64,000 nucleotides of DNA, from the NCBI GenBank assembly GCA_963693365.1, contig CAVNZM010000005.1, forward strand, positions 9,652,334 through 9,716,333, written 5' to 3'. The DNA is from Amoebidium appalachense. Lineage: Eukaryota; Protista; Ichthyosporea. Positions within the stretch are counted from its first letter, which is position 1; each line of letters opens with the position of its first letter. The notes beneath the pieces were generated by a model that ran no database searches, was not told the origin of the DNA, and saw only the letters and a list, made by a program, of their open reading frames with translations. Below, one piece after another: positions 1 to 37,574 of this stretch. Position numbers and translations under genes: made by a program.

Positions 1-9550
<9,550 letters not shown>

Positions 9551-10010
9551 GAACGATGTGAGAATGGCTTATAGAACCGGAAAACGGAATTAGAAAACGG
9601 TGTTTTAGGGGAAAACGAAATAAGAAAACCTTGTTTTTAGATGAAGTAGTGATTGTAAATTATGTTTGTTGAGGTGTATAGGTCGGGTGGGTTGATATGT
9701 AGCTGATGGGGGTCTGTTTATGTTGGTGTAATACTATGTCAGGGCGCGTGGGTGCCTCCTTTTTTAGCATGTTGTGTGTATGTGTATAATAAGCATGTGT
9801 GTGGCCATTTAGGTGGGTGTGGTATGTGCTTGCTTTCACGTAGACAAGCGTACATACGCCAACACATTGGTCTGTATTATGTATGCACTGACTGTGTGTA
9901 TTAAAGTTTTCAGCGAAAATTCTGTTGTCAATCCACGTGTGCTGCTATAGATTGAATTTATAATGAGGCTGTATGGATCGGCGGCAGGCGGGCGGGTGGT
10001 TTTTTTTTTT

Positions 10011-10052
<42 letters not shown>

Positions 10053-10358
10053 CATTTCAGAAGCCGCGGGGATGTGCGCACCATAATGTTATTATGTCAA
10101 GAGTATTTTTATAATAGTTGGGACAATGAGACATTCTTGACAACTAAAGATGAATATTTTTTTACGCTGCTTTGTGCAAGCTGGCAACAGATCATGTTTT
10201 GATTCACCAATGGGATTGAAGGATATATGACATACATGTGGGCCATTATCACGTGACGTGGCGGTCACCCCGCCCCTCCCCGGCATCACCATGTACAATC
10301 CACGCACACGTACGTAACGTGCACACAGACATGCGTCCACACATGGTCTGTTTTGGCG

Positions 10359-10399
<41 letters not shown>

Positions 10400-10918
10400 C
10401 TTTTTAAATTTACAAGAGCACGTGGATGACTCGCAAAGTTACCTATTCAAGCCGGCACAGTGACTGCCCGACACCGGGCCTTGACACCGTACGTTACGTT
10501 GAGTCATGCATATTGTGGGGAGGAGGAGGAGAAGGGGAAAGGGGCATAAGAGAGAGAGAGATAACTCAAATGTTGAATTGAGAGATATATTTGTGTTATT
10601 TGATATATGATAATTGTATATATGATAGTGTGATATGTTATGATAGTGTTATTATATTGCACCGTTTTGTTTTTGTGTGTGTGCGTGTGTGTGGGTGTGT
10701 TTGTCCTTATTTTTACCGGGTTCTTTCTTTTTTTCTTTTTTTGGTGTTGCGTTCACGTGCGTGTGGCGTGTTGGCGTTCATGTAGCTGCTCATAAAGGAG
10801 TATGTGTGTGTATACATGTGTACGTGTCTTTGTGTGACTGTGCGTCACGTGCGCATATTGTGGCGCATGTGTGTCTGCAGTTTACGTCACAGTTACACCC
10901 GGAAGTGGGCCCCGAGAA

Positions 10919-10951
<33 letters not shown>

Positions 10952-11585
10952 GGGGGGGGGAGGAGGGGGGGGGGGGGGGGGAGGGGGGGGGGGGGGACCG
11001 GGCGGCAACAATTGACATCGACCTTTTTCGACAACCTGCCCCCCTGCCATAAGTGGGCCCGGGAGCTTGGCAACTCTAGCTATTCACGTGCACAATTCCT
11101 TTCAAACCCTCCTCCTCCTCCTCCCCCTCCCCCCCTCCCCCCTAACCCCGCGGATCCCCTTCGCATGTGTGGGCCTGGGGCGGCCAAGTTTCTGTGTGCA
11201 CGATTCCGATAACCTCGGCGTCTACAAGTGTATGTGTGTCTCTGCGTGCGAGTGTCGGTTTGCATGCATGTGCACCTGTGCACATGTGGGTGTACGGCTG
11301 TGTTAATTCGTGCATGCATGCACCTGTACCAATTTGAGCGAATTACTGATTATGTGTGTAAATGTGCCGATCGTGTGTTGTATTGCACGGCATGCGTGTC
11401 TACTTGTGCAGCGAGTGTGTGGCTGCCACTGTGCCTTGCAAGGTAGGTGACATTCAACGGTGGCAATGGCAGCGGTTGTTTGTGTGTCTGTGTGTGTGTG
11501 TGTGCTTCTGTGTGGGGTGATGGTGGTCGGACGGAGGGGAGTGTGTGTGTGGGGTGCGCGGGTGGGTGGCGAGAGAGGGAGGGGA

Positions 11586-11626
<41 letters not shown>

Positions 11627-12501
11627 AATCAGTGTTTTTGCTAAGTATGAAAGTCCATTACAGTAACTACAGCGGTTTATTACACAGGAACACTGCGATA
11701 TGGCCTATATTGATACTGATTGTAATAACCTTGTGTTTTTTTTTGTGGTAGCCAAACTCCAGATACCACTATCTTATGTATGTCCTAAGTGTGGAGGACT
11801 GCTCGCTGGACACTATTCTTAGACTTTTATGCTATTTTTGGCTCTATGTACATATCTGGCCCCAATCCTGTGGCACCTTATATATTAAACAAACTATATG
11901 AGATTCTACAGGGTTGATAATTCTGTTATAGTTTTTGAGCATTCCCATGGCATCATTTTTTTACACATTCCAACTTCTCGGTTTAGTAGCAAGCAGATGA
12001 CAATAAAAAACTAGGCACCCAAGTCGTTGTCGATCCGTGCTACCTCTTTCGCATTTAAATACCAAAGAACCAAAGCATTCAAGATGGAGGAAGAATCCCC
12101 CTATTGATCAAAATCGTCAAGTCAATACCCCCCCCCCCCCCCCCCCCCTCCCCCCCCCCCCCCCAAACAAACAAACAAACAAACACACAAACAAACAAAA
12201 ACAACAACTAAAAAAACATTGGCAACAACAATAACAAACAAACAAACAAAAAAAAACACTGAATTGTTGAGTTGTGTAGTGCTTATTCTGTAGCCCATAG
12301 TTAACAAGGAAAAACAAACTTGGTTGTAAATAGTGGGTGCCATGAACAAATATCTGCCATGTATTTAAATTTACCCAGTACAGTACATCATAGAAGAAAA
12401 GTGCTAGTACACATATGAACTCGTCAATGCTTGCAGCCGCAAACAAGAAAATCCGGGAAGAAAAACCGTTTATTATCACCGCCAGTATATCTTATAATAT
12501 A

Positions 12502-14675
12502 TCAAAGCTGCGAAACATCCTGCAAATCACAAATCGAACTCACGTCCTGCCCATCCATTCCTGCTCCTCCCCGGGCCAGCTCAAGAATTGCCATATCCAA
12601 TGAAATCGCCTCCTTGTCATCCATCGCCATGGGCAAAGTCGAAATATCCAAATCCATTTCCGGGAAATCCAACATATCGTCAAGAGAAGCCGCGTTTAAA
12701 GATAACCACATTTCGTCTTGCGGTGACGTAAACGGCGTGCCTCCTAGACTGCCAGCACCGGTACAATCACCAACCAACGAAGGAAGGGAAGAAGACGTAA
12801 ACATCCCCCCGTTCCCAAACCCACCATTTGCATGGTTGTGTTGCGGGCCCGCGAGGAGATACGATGTCGACGCAGACAGATGTCCCGCCAAGGGATTTTG
12901 CGACAGGCCCATACGGCCGCCCAAATGTCCCGGAACGTCCAGCGGCGGGGAGCAATACGGTGTGGCGTACTCGTTGAACGGCGGCGTCATTGCCGTAGCT
13001 GCGCCATGACGCATCGCCGGATGATCGTACGGACCTACAGCCTGTTGCACCGCGAAAGAAGAAATGTTCGACTGTTGGCATCGGAGATGCGATGTGGTGC
13101 GCGGGCGAGCGCTCGTCGGACCCCCCCAACCGATTGTATAGGACCCGGGACCCCCCTCCAGCGGCATCATTGGTGAAGTTCCGCAGAATTCCGCCGATGG
13201 GGGTGTGGAGATGATGGATGGGTCAGAGCCCATGTGCATGCCCGAGTTCAACACCTCGGTCTGCCACCGGGGGTTCATAATATGATGGTCCTCGACGATT
13301 GGTGCAAGGCCATGCGGCTGGTGCTGCATGAGGGAAGATGTGGGGCAGCTAATTGAGCGCTTGCGGACGGGTTTGAATTTGTTTCCGGATTTTGAACTTG
13401 CCGCGGCGAACCCCGGGGACGCCATAAGTGCGTTGAAGTGAAGGTAGTCAGAGTGGGTGGAGGCCGGCCCGCCAAAACCGTACATTCCAAACCCTGGCAT
13501 TCCGGGTTTTCGTAGCCTGGCACCGGGGTTTATGCGCAAATTTCGGGGGTCGTTGTCGGGACGGACATTGTTGTGCTTGAGGCGGATATGGTTCTGTTGT
13601 GGAGGATGGGTGTGAGTTGAATGAGACAGGATCCGAAATCTGTCTTTGATACCAACTGGACGCACACAGTTCCACACGTCGGAAAAAAGAAGCTTGATTC
13701 AACATGGACACCAATTACACATCCGGGTGAGAGAGACCGCATGGGTAGAGAGCAACGAGGGCATGTGAATGAACCAATGCACTGTGTTGGGCTACGTGTA
13801 CAATTAAAAAATAGGCTCTAAGACAATGTTTCAGTATCTCTTGCATAGTGCTGATCTTGAAAAGTCAACATATCATGCAACCAAGGCAAGAGAAAAGAAA
13901 AGAAAGGAAAAAGCATGTTGTGGGAAAGATGCGGCTTAGAATCAGCACCCACCCCGAAAGATCATCCTCGCAGCCCACCTATCCCAAAACCCATCTCCCT
14001 ATTCCCACTGTACACTCGCATCAAACACCTATGCCCTTCAGAAGTCCTTTGGCTCAGAAAGAAAGCTCAGAATACACCGCTTAAAATCTCAAAAGGCGTC
14101 GGCTCATGGTAAAACGACACTTCAAGATTGACACAGTGGCAAAAGCCACAAAGTCATCGACAAGCAAAACCAAACAATCCACAAAGTCATCGACAAGCAA
14201 AACCAAACAATCCACAACAACCACACAAACCTGCAGTGAGCTCTCGGTTGCGTAGACACGTCCGCATCCTTCCCACATGCACTCGACGTTGCGCACCAAC
14301 TCTTTGAAAGACCTCCTCTTCCTCACTTTCTTATTCTCTTCCCCTCCCTCCCCACCTGCCACGCTCTCTCCCGAATCCCCGCCCACACCTCCATCGGATT
14401 CTGTCACTGCTCCCAAAGCATCATCGTCCTTTTCCTCCTTCACATTTCCCACATTTTCAATTTGGTCTTCCTCCTTCAGTTTGCCTGAAGACGTTGTCTT
14501 TAAAACTTTCTTTTGTGCCTTCGCGCCATGTTTTTCATATGCGTCGGTGGCTGATGTTGGGGCTTCCAGGTTTGGCGCCGTCATTCTTAGAATGAGTACA
14601 CTACAGACACTCAAACAATGGAGGGTAAAATCTCAACTTAACCAGGACTAGAAAAAGGCAGGATTACTTCGCCAT
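12502..14675 (-). CDS. Single C2H2 zinc-finger transcription factor-like protein
   Basis: Exon 14600 (or 14585; internal ATG at 14584) to 14231 spliced to exon 13593-12502 restores RKRRSFKELVRNVECMWEGCGRVYATESSLQ|NHIRLKH (C-x4-C-x12-H-x4-H after a basic stretch). Tentative 8-nt first coding exon ATGGCGAA|gtaatc at 14675-14668. The C-terminus is acidic/hydrophobic, like an activation domain. Confidence 0.8.
14146..14217. repeat. 33-bp tandem duplication in zinc-finger gene intron
   Basis: CCACAAAGTCATCGACAAGCAAAACCAAACAAT occurs twice, perfectly. Confidence 0.9.
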
Positions 14676-16954
14676 TGGTACAACTAGTAAAACTGTGTGT
14701 GTGAAAGAATCTCGAAGAAAGTGACGAATCTAGTGAGCCAAAATCGTGTCTTTCGGTTGAGTTATCTAAGCTCACTTAGAGAAAGCATCAATCCTCATCG
14801 ACAAGATGCCCCACCTAATCCTGTGTGCATGCAATCCCTAAAACAAGTCAGACAGCAGTAAGCCTTACGGTGACCAAGAGACTGGTAACTAAACCCTATA
14901 ATATCTGCTGAACCACACGAACCATATCGCCAGCTGTAACGATTTGTGTTTCGAAGGCCGAAACTACCGTTGACGACACAACGAAACATAAACTACAACG
15001 ACAAAAAGTGCCTGGAGTTCCGGGCAGGCTTTATATATGTACGCTTCGGAACCTTAAACGGGTTCGCACCAATCACAACGCGGAATCGCCTTATGGTAAA
15101 AAGCAAGCATGCCATTCTGCATACCATTGAGATCCGGCAAAGTGACCGAACATGCCACCTGATCATCACAGCTTACACCGAGAAAAGCGAGATACATACG
15201 CCATTCTACAGAAGTATATTAAAATACAATATATTAGCTTGCTGAACGTGAATATCGATAAAAGGTAAAGGAAAGGATGAGATTGAACATTCAAAGTAGG
15301 AACTATATTTGAATGGACCGGTCTATCATAGATTGGCGCGGCGCGTGCCGGTCAACTGCAAGGGCTTGGATTTATTTACACACTTTTATGTTCAAAATAC
15401 CCGGTGCCGTCAGTGATTTGGGGGGGGGGGGAGGGAGGGGGGGGGGGGGGAAGGGGGGGGGGGGGGGGGGGGGGGGGGGGATGTTGCTCCGTATGCCTAG
15501 ACTAGAAGCTGGTTATCCGAATGCACCAATAAAAAAACACACTAGTAGGGGTTGAATTGAAGTGTTATACTTTGCCCTTTATTAACAGAACGATATTTCA
15601 ATAGATGCATTATTTGGGCCACTGTGGTTCAAGTACCTTATCTCCCCTGGTAAGTACACACATTTTCGTAAATAATTATTACCCCGGTGTTGACCAATTC
15701 AGCCGATGGGCCGCCAAATTCATGGCGGCGGGACCCTACATACGAAAAATTGCATTCGTATTTACATTCAATCTGTAACAACAAAGTCCCTGCTCATTTT
15801 TGGCTCGAGCTCATATAGTTACAATGCTCGAAACCATGCAATTTTGGCAGCTCATTCTACCTCCTGTTGTTCGAAGATCACATAAACCCCGGGAGCATGC
15901 TTTATTTACCTGATTGGTCAGTTTTGATCCAATCAGACAGCTTTATTTTACAGAGCATTTTTTGCTCTCACCTGACGCATACCTTCAAGTTCTAAAATCA
16001 GTGCATGGTTTCCAGCCTATCCTGAACCGGATCCGAAAACTAAACGTTCAGCCCTGGGACGTTTTGGCGCGAAGATCTCTGTGCGGCTGGATGGGAGGAA
16101 ACCATCACAACACCTGCAGGCTCGAATACGAACAGACTAATCTCATGCCCCTTCGTGCCCTTGTAACCGAGAAGGCCACAGTGGACTCTCTCACACCGCG
16201 CTGTGAACAATATTTATGCCTGTATATGTGTATATATATACGTACCGTAGTAAAAAAGGAATCAGTGAGGGGTTTGTCAAAATAACGTATCTTGAATCTG
16301 TGTGGATCCGTGAGTCCGTGGCAGATGTGCGTGCACCCTCAACGTCCTTCTTTCGTACCACGAACCGAAGTCACAGTGTGTCAGATCAAGCATATGCGTA
16401 ACATGTGCGCGACTGTACACGACATCAAGTGCGCGCGCGTGTACGTGCACATGCACATGACACATGTACACAAATTCTACGCGTGGAAACCACTCAGGGC
16501 CTGACTGGGCGTGCCACGGAACCATCCCTGGCCCGGACTGCAGTCACGGTCGGCCCCTGCAGTGTAGTACCGCACGTTTTAAACAACGAGAAAGGTAGGA
16601 ATACGGGGACAGCGGCCTGAGTGTAGTACATGGCATATTAACATTGTTACCGTTACCAGTGTGTGTGCAGGACCCCTGCCGGCCACCTAGAGTATCCAAC
16701 ACAACACAACCATTGTACCTGCGCCCAGCTGTGTGAAGTCAAACAAACACGTGGGTGATGATGATGATTGAATACAATCCATCACCGTCGACAGCACGCG
16801 TATACGTGGCCACGGAGGTTCTGCATTGATATATAATATCTATTATATGGACATGTGATAATCACGTGCACATGCAATAATATGCATGTGCACATGTGTT
16901 GTGTCGCGATGTGTGTTTGTTCAGTTCCATGCAATCCTCTCTATCTCTCTCTCT

Positions 16955-17029
<75 letters not shown>

Positions 17030-17055
17030 CCTCCCTCCCCCCTCAGTCTCTCTCT

Positions 17056-17092
<37 letters not shown>

Positions 17093-17108
17093 CCCCCCCC
17101 CCTCCCCC

Positions 17109-17177
<69 letters not shown>

Positions 17178-17359
17178 CCTCCCCCCTCGGGTCCCTCCCA
17201 CTGTCTAGAGATCTCTCCCTAGGCCTTTCTCCTTCTCCCTTGCCTGACCTCTCTCTCTCTCTCTCCCTCTCGCTCACTCCCCCTCTCTTTCTGCCCTTGG
17301 GCCACCACCCTTGTCTCGAGCCCCCCCACTCCCCGCGCATGAATGAATCATCTCAGTCT

Positions 17360-17874
17360 TTGAGCCACATAAGCAGAGGCATATCTAGGCTGCGTCGAGA
17401 ATTATTCTGCATAAAGCAGGGTTATTCAGCAAAAAGCACAGAATTAATCAGTTTAACATTTTAGCAGAATTGTTCACCGAAAACAGAATTATTCAGCGAT
17501 AATTCTGCTCAGCAGAAACATTCTGCTCTGAGCAGAATCGTTCTGCTTTAACAGATTTATTCTGCAAAAGCAGAATATATACTTCAAGTGTACAGGAAAG
17601 CTTTTAAAGCAGAACTGTTCTACAAAAAGCAGAGTTGTTCTGCAAAAAAGCCTTTAGCAAAATCATATCAGACTGCTGTGGCGCCGGCACCCTTAAAGGG
17701 CCAACAGAATAAATTTACTTTTTGCAGAACAATTTGCAGAATTTTTTCGCTTAAATATATTCATCATAGCTTTTGCTGCATACATAATTCTGCTGAAGGC
17801 AGAATAATCCTTCTTGCAGAATCATTCAGCCTGCAGCAAGATGCCTCTGCTGATGCATATGTGGTTGGGCCTTT
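17360..17874. mobile_element. Degenerate copy of the TIR family carrying GCAGAATAATTCTGC repeats
   Basis: Many decayed (A)GCAGAAT.ATTCTGC units; left end CCACATAAGCAGAGGCAT and right end ATGCCTCTGCTG..ATGTGGTTGGGCCTT are inverted and resemble the termini of the 57765-58061 element. Confidence 0.65.
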
Positions 17875-17898
17875 CATTGACGAATTCCACCCACCCTC

Positions 17899-17929
<31 letters not shown>

Positions 17930-18657
17930 AAAAAAAAAAGAAAGAAAGAAAGAAAGAAAGAAAGAAAAAGACCAAAACACGTACACATACACACAGAGAG
18001 AGACACACACACACACAGACACACGCACACACAGAGACACACACAACACACACACGCACACAACACACACGCACGCACACGCACACACACACACATACAC
18101 ATACACACCCCACCATCACCACCACCACCACCACCACCGCCGCCGTCGCCCACTTATTGTTATTGAACTTCAATGAATGATTCATGTGCACTTTCTTTCC
18201 AAATCCGGTCAAGTTTCCCAATACAAATATTTAGAAAACAAAAGCATGCAAAATTTATGTCACTCCCGGCCTGAGTATACAAGACACGGCTTCCTCGAGT
18301 GCGTCAAGCAACCCCCCCCCCCCCCCTCCCCCAACTCACCCAAATACGGGATCAAACATGCAGGCTCGCATTAATTTCCATCTGAAACTTGAAAAAGAAC
18401 CGTTAATATTTCGAAGCAGCATATGCATAGGTACACCCACAATGAGTGAGTTAACATAATTTACTACGGGTGATAATAATGCATGATATTGAATGTGTGT
18501 GCAAATGTGCTGTGTGGTCTTGCAAAGGTGGATATACATGCATACAAATGCACGTGTGCAACCGAGACGCAGAATCACACACACGTACAGCGAGGGGATC
18601 TTGGGAGGTGTGTGGGTGGCCGTGAGGGGGAGGGAAAGACGGAGGAGGAGCTCCAGG

Positions 18658-18692
<35 letters not shown>

Positions 18693-18995
18693 TGGTTGAA
18701 GGGAAGCACAGAGAGAGAGAGATCGATACGAAAGGTTGAGAGATTAATAGTCAGAATGCGCGTGACACCAAGACTTATTGTCTGCGTTTGTATGTGGCAC
18801 TGCAGGTGGGCGCATGCGCCCATCGTGTGCACGTGTGCGAAACTTGTTGAACACTCCAGTCATTTTCGTTGGAAGGATCAAGATTTCGTGAATGAGAAAC
18901 TAACATCTTGCTTTCCTCTCCCTCAAACTTCCTCCTCCCCCTCCCCCCCCCCCCCCCCCCCCCTCCCCCCTCCCCCTCCCCCCGGGCGGCCCCAA

Positions 18996-19086
<91 letters not shown>

Positions 19087-19914
19087 TTTTAAAGGAAACC
19101 TCACAAACACGCACACGAACTTCCAAAAGCAGCACCACCGCCAAATAACGACGCATGCTAACAAACCACCCGGTATTGATACAATCAGCACATTTAATAT
19201 TAACCTGTTCATACCGGCAAATTTCCCTAGGTAGTCACTTTAGAAACACAGAAACAGATACAAAAGTATACGAAATAATGTTTCCCCCCCCCCAAACCAC
19301 TTAGAAACGTATGTAGGTAAGACATATGCGTGTCGATAATTACAATTTATCTGAGCTTTTTTTATGTATTTTGAGCCACAATAGAGTTGTTTAGAGCTGG
19401 CCGGCTGCCGGCCAAATCAATTCAAAAGTAGTGCCGGCCTGACACAGAAGAGGTGAATGTCATACGGACCTTCATTCGTTCCAAGTCAGACAATCCAGCC
19501 TCACAGCTGCATTCATGAACATTGACATAATATCGACATTCGATTGGCCAAAGGTCACACAATCATTGTTATAAACTAAAAAAAAAAAGAATAAGAATAT
19601 TGACTGACACATTTAAAAAGCAACTTGAATTAGCATATACTATCCAATTGCGTGTATCATAAGCACTAAACCCCTAATGAATTACCATACAGTCCCTAAA
19701 CATAGGTGTAAATTTTGGTGGCGTTCCGGTACACCTAATATTAATACATTGAATAAACCCGGAAAGACATGAGATGTAAATGTTCAAACGTCCTGATTGG
19801 AAACACAATCCCCGTAAACACAGATACATATAATATCACACGAACACATGTCCTAGTGTTTCACTCGGGTTACCAACCTTTCCACAATTGCACTCAAACC
19901 GTCCAACCATGAGC

Positions 19915-26850
<6,936 letters not shown>

Positions 26851-27988
26851 GTTGATGAGTGGACAGTGAGACCGTGCTTCCTTCTGTATAAGTGAGGGTT
26901 GACAAAAAGGGGGGTAATGTTAAGGAAAAAGAAAAAATGAGAGAGAGAAAATTTATGCCCTTGCCTGTCCGTGCGTGCCTGTGCGTTCGTGCGTGCGTGC
27001 GTGGGTTTAAGAGACTCACAGCATAAGTTTCCCGGGCAAAAAGTAAACCGGCTTGCTATGGCCGGATCTTTGAACTCGTGGTGCCTGAATCAAAAACGCA
27101 CATCAGCTACCTTTTTTGGAGTGACTGATAAATGAATAAAGCACCGTTATTTAGCTTTCCTGCAGTAAACAATTTAGGCTTTTGATATTCTTGTGACATT
27201 CACCAATATACTTTCTGACCGTGAGTTTGACTTGTTTTTCAGTGTGCAATTGTACATGTGACTGAGTCATGACTCTTTCTGTACATGATGATTGCGCAAT
27301 CCCACATAGGATTGGCTGAGGAATTTAGAGATAACCATATATAGCTATTTGATCGTTATTGATATTGGCTTATTCTTGGTGCGGGTGTAGTCTAAAGAGT
27401 AGGACTCTATGAAACACCCAACTGAGACATCAGGCCCCAATGCAATGACGTAGAGTATGTCTGTGTAGACTACCTTCGGGCTTCGGTTTTTTTCCTTACT
27501 TTTTTCTTTTTTTTTACCTCAGAGCCGAGCAATGAATGATACATAGAAAGCCTGTATGATCAGTTCACGATTCCTGCCTCAGCGCCTCAGTGACATGTAT
27601 AAAATTCTCTGGTTAGTCACTTACACAGTCTAGCAGTCATACCACTAACCTTATCTTAGCAACAGAGCGCCAGCAGTCATCTATTTTTGTTGATGCACGA
27701 GCCAGTCTGCCTACACTTTTGAAGCTGGGCAGAGCTATGATTCATCTCAGACGACTCTTTTGGAGCAGAGAAAGCAACGGTTCTAGATAATTGCCCACAT
27801 TTTCTCTTGTTATGGGCAGTAAGTTGGCAGTTTGGGCTTGATAACGTATGACCTGTGCCTTAAAAGCAAGCACTCCTTCTTGCACCGTAGTGGCTGACAA
27901 GGAAAACTTGCATCGAGTGCAAGACAAATTTCGAAAGGTTTTCTTTTTAAACTGTGCCTTATATAGCGTGTGCCCCTACGCTTCCAAA
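26851..27988. promoter_or_regulatory. Putative bidirectional promoter and 5' UTR region between divergent CDC123 and AP2S1
   Basis: The two start codons point away from each other about 1.14 kb apart, and the interval lacks long SSR tracts. Function is inferred from geometry only. Confidence 0.5.
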
Positions 27989-34286
<6,298 letters not shown>

Positions 34287-34568
34287 TGATTTTAGAACAT
34301 AATATTTTAATTATCCAATAGCGCAACGGGTTTGGTTTTTATTGAGTGGGAGCGGGTGCTTGATTGTTTTGCGTGATTTGGGTGTCGTATTGTATTTGAT
34401 GTTGAGTCTAAACACATACACGTGTTCTTTTGGGAAATACGGGTACGGGTACGGGTACAGAGCACATATTTCAATTTTTATCTTATTTTTTTATTTTTAT
34501 TTTTTGGAGGGGGGGAGGGGAGGGGGCGCTTGTGCGGGCAGGGGGGCTTGCCGTGCGGGGGGGGAGGG

Positions 34569-34599
<31 letters not shown>

Positions 34600-35265
34600 A
34601 GGGTAAAAACAAAACTGTTGACTATTGGAATGTTTGATTATCCACTTGATATGGCTGTGTTCAATGCTTTTCCCCATTGTATTGAAGACTTCTCTGTCAG
34701 ACTGAGAGAGAGTGTGGGTTGGGTTCTTGAAGACTTCGTTAGAATTATAGCGATTTTAGGCCAGCCTGACTTAACTAAAAAATCCACCTGCAATCCCGCT
34801 ACCTACCACATAACAACTGAATTGACTTCCTGTCTAAATAAACAATGCGACTTGAATCATATTTATCTCACCAAGCGTCCCCCTCTCCCCGGTGGCCCCT
34901 GGCACTATGATGACTTGTATGCATCAGCGCGAGTGGTGGGTCAACGTTTGGTTTGTCCATTTTCCCTGATCACTGCAGGGGCGGGAAAGTGGCGGGAGAT
35001 GATGGGCCCGGCATGGCATACTTGTATAACATGTATAGGCTCCAGGGTTGCGGTTTTGTGTGTGGGGGTGCGTGTCTCTCTCGAGTTTTCTGTGTGTCAG
35101 CGTTTGTTTGTGCATAAATAGCTCGAGTCCGAAGCATAGATAAGCCGCTGTGCACTCGTGAACATGTTTGTTTGGGGGTAGATCTTGCTGGAATGTATTT
35201 GCACTTATTCATCCAATCATATATGGTTAATTTGACCTTTTTAGGTAATTTCTGTCAATTCTATG

Positions 35266-36019
35266 CAGGGTTCGAAGGACGGTGGAGCCCATTAACGGAA
35301 GTCGAAATCCCGTTTCGGAAAACCTCTTCGAAAATCGGAATGCTCCGTCGGAGCAGGCCCATCAAAAATCGTAATCGTCGCGCATAAGTAAACTTGAGTA
35401 CTTGTACTTGAGTTGGTTAACATTGTGAGAATAATCCCAATTGATAACTTAAGTTTATTAAAATTGTGAGAATAATCTTAATTGGTAATGCAACAAGTGA
35501 ACGTGGCTTCTCTGGTGTGAATACATGTCATTAAGACTTCTCTCAAAGCACGTAAAATACTATGACAAGTTACACAGACAGTGCACAATCAGCTCATGAT
35601 AGCCATGAATGGGCCGGATATAGAGGCAGATGTGAAGCACGTGAAAGCTGAGCTTAATTTTCAGAAAGAAATGGCTAAGAAATTAGTTAAAGAGGGCAAA
35701 CTGAAAGGGTTAACTGTAGAAGGGGCCAAGGAGCAGCTGGAAAAGGCCCAGGTGGCCGAGGCAGCAGCCCAAAAGAAGGCTCTGGCAGATTTCCTGGCTT
35801 TTGACTGAAACAGGGTGCACAATGTGTATATTACCAACCCTTTCAAATAAATTGGATCTCTGACAACACACCAGCACCTAGTAACCGTCAAGTAGTCTCC
35901 CTTGTTTTCATTTAAAAATTCTGGGGGAGGGGGAGGGGAGGGAGGGGAGGGGGGGGGGGGGGGGGGGGGGGGAGTGAGTTTAGGCAGCAACATGGGAAGC
36001 TCAGGCAGAAATCGAATGT

Positions 36020-36062
<43 letters not shown>

Positions 36063-36271
36063 AGAAAATCACGTTGGGTGGTTCAGAAGTTGTGTTTGTG
36101 TTTGTTTGTGTGTGAGTATTTTTCTTTGCAATTGTGTGTGTGTGTGTGGTGGGTATGTATGCACGGTGTGTGTGTCTGTGTGTATGTGTACACGTGTGGG
36201 TGGGTGTATTTATTTGTGTCAGACGGTAATCGGTGTGTGTGTGTCTATGTTGTGTGTATGTGTGCACATGT

Positions 36272-36302
<31 letters not shown>

Positions 36303-36514
36303 CTTGTGTGTGTGTGTGTGCATGACATTGTGTGCATGTGTGTGTGTGTTTTGTGTCAACAGTTATATGGTGTGTGTGTATGTATCACGGTACAGTGTGT
36401 GTATGTATGTGTGTGTGTGTGCAGTGTGGTGTGTATGTATGCAGGGTGTGTGTGTTTGTGTATGTGTGTGTACATGCCAGTGTGGGTGTGTGTGTTTGTG
36501 CCAACGGTTTCTTG

Positions 36515-36549
<35 letters not shown>

Positions 36550-36620
36550 GCCACGGGGTGTGTGTGCTTGCGCCGTGTACATGGTTTGTGTGTGCAGTGT
36601 AAGTGTGTGTGTGTGTGCGC

Positions 36621-36651
<31 letters not shown>

Positions 36652-37526
36652 GGTGGGTGCATAGCATGTGATTGTACAGGGTAGATGCATGTGCACGTTT
36701 GAAATAAAGTTATCATGATCTGAGATAGTATGTGCCTGTGCACGTCGTGTACTAGCCTAGGTCACATGTGTGGTGTCACGGCTGTGTATGTGGGGTGCAT
36801 GTGTGCCTTTGAACGGAACACAGTGGTGCACAGTGTGTGTATTGCCTGCCATTTAAGACGCATGCCACTGATCGTTGATACACGTGGCACCTGCACCTGG
36901 TGGCCGTCGACTCTGAGAATCTAGATCCATTCCATGTTTAGGCCTTCCTGGGGGGGAAGGGGGGGGGGGGGGGGGGGAGGGTACTAGTAGGGGGGGGGGG
37001 GGGGGGGGGGGGATCCGCCTGAGAGGGGGGCCGGGGGGGGAGGGGGTGAGGCCGGAGCGGCGGTGGGGGAGAAGGAGGGGCAGCACTGGTGGAGGGAACG
37101 GTGGGCAGCGGAGGAGGGGGGGAATGGGGTTCGATTTCTGGGGGGGGGAAGTTTTGAAGTGGAGGCCGGCCTATTATACATGCGCAGGCATATGCATTGT
37201 ATGTTCATGTGGCCATGCATGGCTATGATGCATATGTGGTGTCACGGCTGTGTGTGTTTAAATGTGTGTGTGTGTGTGTCTGTGTGTGTGTGTGTGTGTG
37301 TGTGCGCGTGGGTGTGTGCATAAATGTGTTTGGTGTGACAACATGTACATGTGCTGGGGTGGCGCTCTAGTCAGGGTCTGCCATTGAACATTCTACAGGC
37401 CCTGGGACAGGGAGACACGCGTGTACGTACGTGTGCAGCTTGTGTGGGTGGTGTATGCCCCGTGTATGATGATACCTGCGAAGTCATGAGAAGCTTCTCC
37501 CCGGGGGCGGGGCGGGGCGGGGCGGG

Positions 37527-37574
<48 letters not shown>

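Noticed and set aside
12431-13176. + strand ORFs overlapping the zinc-finger gene
   Set aside because: They are antisense shadows of a GC-rich coding exon.
15650-16400. Possible small gene or exons (ORF 15914-16285 +; a CAG...GTGAGA-bounded segment at about 16200-15972 on -)
   Set aside because: No recognisable motif, and the minus-strand segment has stops in all three frames. It could be non-coding exons but that is unsupported without RNA data.
16491-16628. Short inverted repeat CACTCAGG(G)CC / GGCCTGAGTG
   Set aside because: Only about 10 bp, no TSD, compatible with chance.
34342-35121. 259-aa ORF downstream of AP2S1
   Set aside because: Non-ATG start, crosses a poly-G tract, has no domain motif and lies in the probable 3' UTR or intergenic region.
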